In this document: positions 61,270 to 64,000 of the stretch, in pieces
Position numbering within the stretch: the stretch's first letter is position 1
Layout: every line of letters begins with the position of its first letter
Assembly: GCA_024679065.1 (NCBI GenBank)
Contig: JAGIQG010000011.1
Coordinates: 62,496,001 to 62,560,000, forward strand
Length of the DNA: 64,000 nt
Source: Sphyrna mokarran
Lineage: Eukaryota
Direction of reading: 5' to 3'
Program-made: the position numbers and the translations under genes
The notes under the pieces: model-generated
Told to the model about the DNA's origin: nothing
The model's input: the letters and a program-made list of their open reading frames with translations, nothing else
Databases searched by the model: none

Positions 61270-64000
61270 GAGGGAATAGGGATTTTTTGATTGTGGATAG
61301 GCAGCTGAGATCCGTTGCGTGCAATTCTTGCATCATGTTGGAATTTCAGGACAAATAGGTCTTGAGGGGTCACATGTGCAGAAAGTGCTCCAGTGACTTG
61401 AGTTCAAACTCAGGATTTCTGAGATTGCCAGATAGCTAGGAACACTGTGGATTATTAGTGAAGATGAGAGGTTCCTGGATCATACAGTGGTCAACTGCCC
61501 CCCCCCACCCCAAGATGGTGAAATGTTCAGGATAGTAAAGGAGTGGCCACCTCACAGTTAAGGAGGAGGTGGGAGATGCAGGAGTATTCAGGGTGTGTGC
61601 CACTCTCAAACAGGTAGTTTGCATCAGAGACTGCTGGGAATGACAATATCTTAAAGATGTGCCGTTTAACGCACGGCCTTAGTGGGGCTAACAAACCATA
61701 CATAAGGGAGCAATAAAGCTTAAAAAATGTGTTTGTTATGGGAGATTCCATAGTTAGGTAACAAACAGACATTTCTGTGACTATTTTTTTTAGTCCCAGA
61801 TAATATGTTGCCTCCCTGATGCAGGATAAAGAATATCATGGTGATGGTGCAGAATATTTTGCAGAGGAAAAGGAATGCACCAGAAGCTATGGTATGCATT
61901 GGAACAAATAACATAGCGAGAGCAGATATTGAGATCCTACAGTCAATTTTCAGGAGTTAAGGATGAAATTGAAAAGTAAGACCTCAAAGGTAATAGCCTC
62001 TGGACTACTCCTAATGTCATATGCGAGCTAGAAATGGGAAGCTAATGTCATTTTAGTAAGACATGAAAGAGATTATCAACTGTTTAAACCAAAGCTTACT
62101 TTCTGCTTATTTATGAAGAATATGATGAAGCAAAAAAAATGGCTGCATGATGCATGTCAAGCGTATTTTTCAAGCGATGAAAATAAAACAAATGAAGAGA
62201 AAATATGAAAATAGAATGACAACTTAAACAGGTGGCACGGTGGCACATTGGTTAGCACTGCTACCTCACAGCACCAGAGATCTGAGTTCAATTCTGGCCT
62301 TGGGCGATTCTGTGTGAAATTTGCACGTTCGTCCACATGGGTTTCCTCCAGGTGCTCCTGTTTCCCCACCACCACCTCCCATCCCATCACCTCCCCCCCA
62401 CCCCACTCCAAAGGTGTGTGGGTTAGGTTGATTAGCTGTGCTCATTTGCCCTTTTGTGTCAGGGGAATTAGTAAGATAAATACGTGGGATTACACGGATA
62501 GGGCTAGGATGGGATTGTTGAAAGTGCAGGTTCGATGGTCGAATGGGGCACAGTGTAAATGAGAAAATACTGAGGGCTTGCAAGAAAGTATAACGGTAAT
62601 CATGGGTGACCTTAATATGCACATATATTGGAAGAATCAAATTGGCAACTCTGGCTGGAGACAGAATTCATTGAATGTATTTGAGACTGTTTATTGGTAC
62701 AGTATGTTGTGGAACCAACTAGAGAACAGGCTATCCTGGATTTGAGATTGTGTAATGAGGAGGGATTAATTGATGACCTCATAGTTAATGATCCTCTAGG
62801 GAGTAGATAGTATGACAGAATTCAAAATTCAGTTTTGGGGTGAGAAAGTGGAATCCCACACAAGGATCCTAGGATTAAACAAAGGAAATTACATAGGCAT
62901 GATGACAGATTTGGCCTGAGTAGAGTGGGCAGGAAGACTCAAAAGTAGGACAGAGGATTTGCAGTGGTAGTTGTTTAAGGAGATGCTCAAGTCCTCATAA
63001 CTAAAATCTATCCCAGTAATGAAGAAAGATGGTAAGGGAGGAGGAAGGGTGGGGGGTAAAATACATTCATGGCTAAACAAAGAGGTCAAGGACAATAGAA
63101 AGACAAAAACTGAGGTATACTGTATTACAAAGGCCAGTGGCAGGCTGCAAGATTGGGAAATTTTCAAACATAAATAAAGGGATACTTACTAAAAACGTAA
63201 TAAAAAGAGCTAGCGTAAATTACAAAACAAAACTAGTGCAAAATATCAAGAAGGATAGCAAAAGCTTCTATAAAAAGGAAGAGAGTCACCAGGAAGAATG
63301 TTGGACCCTTGGAAGATGAAACCAGAGAGTTAATAGTGAGAACACTGAAATAGCAGAGGTGCTAAATCAATACTTTGCCTCAGTTTTCACAGTGGAGGAC
63401 ACTAGCACCATTCCCACAGGAACGGGCAAGTCAGAGGGAATAGAAAGGATAGAACTTAGAACAATTAACATCAACAGGGAAAAGATACCCTACAAACTAT
63501 TGGGATTGAGGGCAGAGAAGTCCCACGGGCCTGTTGGCCTACATCCAAGACTATAAAAAGAAGTGGCGGTGGAGATAGTGGATCCATTGGTTATAATATT
63601 CCAAAATTCCTCGGACACAGGAAAGGTTCCAATGGATTAGAAAAAATACTCATGTAATGCCCTTATTTGAAAAAGGAGGGAGGAAAAATGTGGGAAATTG
63701 CAAACCAGTTAGTTTAACCTCTGTTGTTGGGAAAGTGTTAGAATCAATTATCAAGAAAGGAATATCACGACATTTGGAAAGTCAAAACACTATCCATCAG
63801 TGTCAGAATGGTTTTATGAAAGGCAAATCATATTTGACTAATTTGCTAGAGTTTTTTGAGGTTGTAACAAGCAGGGTGGATATTGGGGATCCTGTAGATA
63901 TAGTATATCTGGATTTCCGGAAGGCGTCTGATCAGGTACCACACAAAAAGTTAATTTACAAGGTTAGATCACATGGGATTAGAAGTAATTTATTAGTTTA
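61270..64000 (+). mobile_element. Long decayed CR1 LINE: ORF1 (zinc finger, SGNH esterase) and ORF2 (APE endonuclease, RT), runs off the window end
   Basis: VACNSCIM...HMCRKC; VMGDSIVR, ICCLP, VCIGTNNI (GDSL/SGNH blocks); IMGDLN; LNQYFASVFTVED; GFMKGKS; YLDFRKASDQVPH. Confidence 0.9.
62228..62548 (+). mobile_element. HE1-like V-SINE inserted in the CR1
   Basis: GGTGGCACGGTGGCACATTGGTTAGCACTGC head; V-domain with a C-rich expansion. Confidence 0.9.

Noticed and set aside
8558-62548. tRNA genes at the GGTTAGCAC...GGTTCAATTCC motifs
   Set aside because: Each runs directly into a SINE body and lacks a proper cloverleaf; they are SINE heads.
1-64000. A novel multi-gene system (defence, retron or CRISPR type)
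   Set aside because: All recognisable coding remnants belong to known eukaryotic TE classes and are decayed or truncated. No intact novel ORF cluster is present.

Overview
Vertebrate nuclear DNA, almost certainly a cartilaginous fish (shark): AT-rich, CpG-depleted and densely filled with elasmobranch-type repeats. These include HE1/V-SINEs (about 16 copies, two tail types), Deu-domain SacSINE1-like SINEs, many CR1-clade LINE fragments (two young copies with intact ORF2 C-termini, one long copy retaining ORF1 zinc-finger and SGNH-esterase remnants), a Rex1/Babar 3' end, Penelope-like elements with decayed minimal hammerhead motifs, a Gypsy protease relic, and a Harbinger Myb/SANT relic with related TIR MITEs. 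No complete cellular gene, rRNA, tRNA, CRISPR array or prokaryote-type system can be supported. The window looks like a large intron or intergenic interval. A repeat-free block at about 49.6-53.5 kb carries a candidate minus-strand promoter and short coding exon of an unidentified gene. The most unusual observations: a locally duplicated ~0.63 kb non-coding unit in which one copy has a perfect 21-bp hairpin; a young CR1 whose 3' UTR contains a V-SINE core; a templated-insertion patchwork at a LINE 5' junction; and Penelope palindromes and hammerhead relics with a reused insertion site. All family calls come from reading motifs and translations by eye. Boundaries are approximate (tens of nt) unless stated, and no database search was run.
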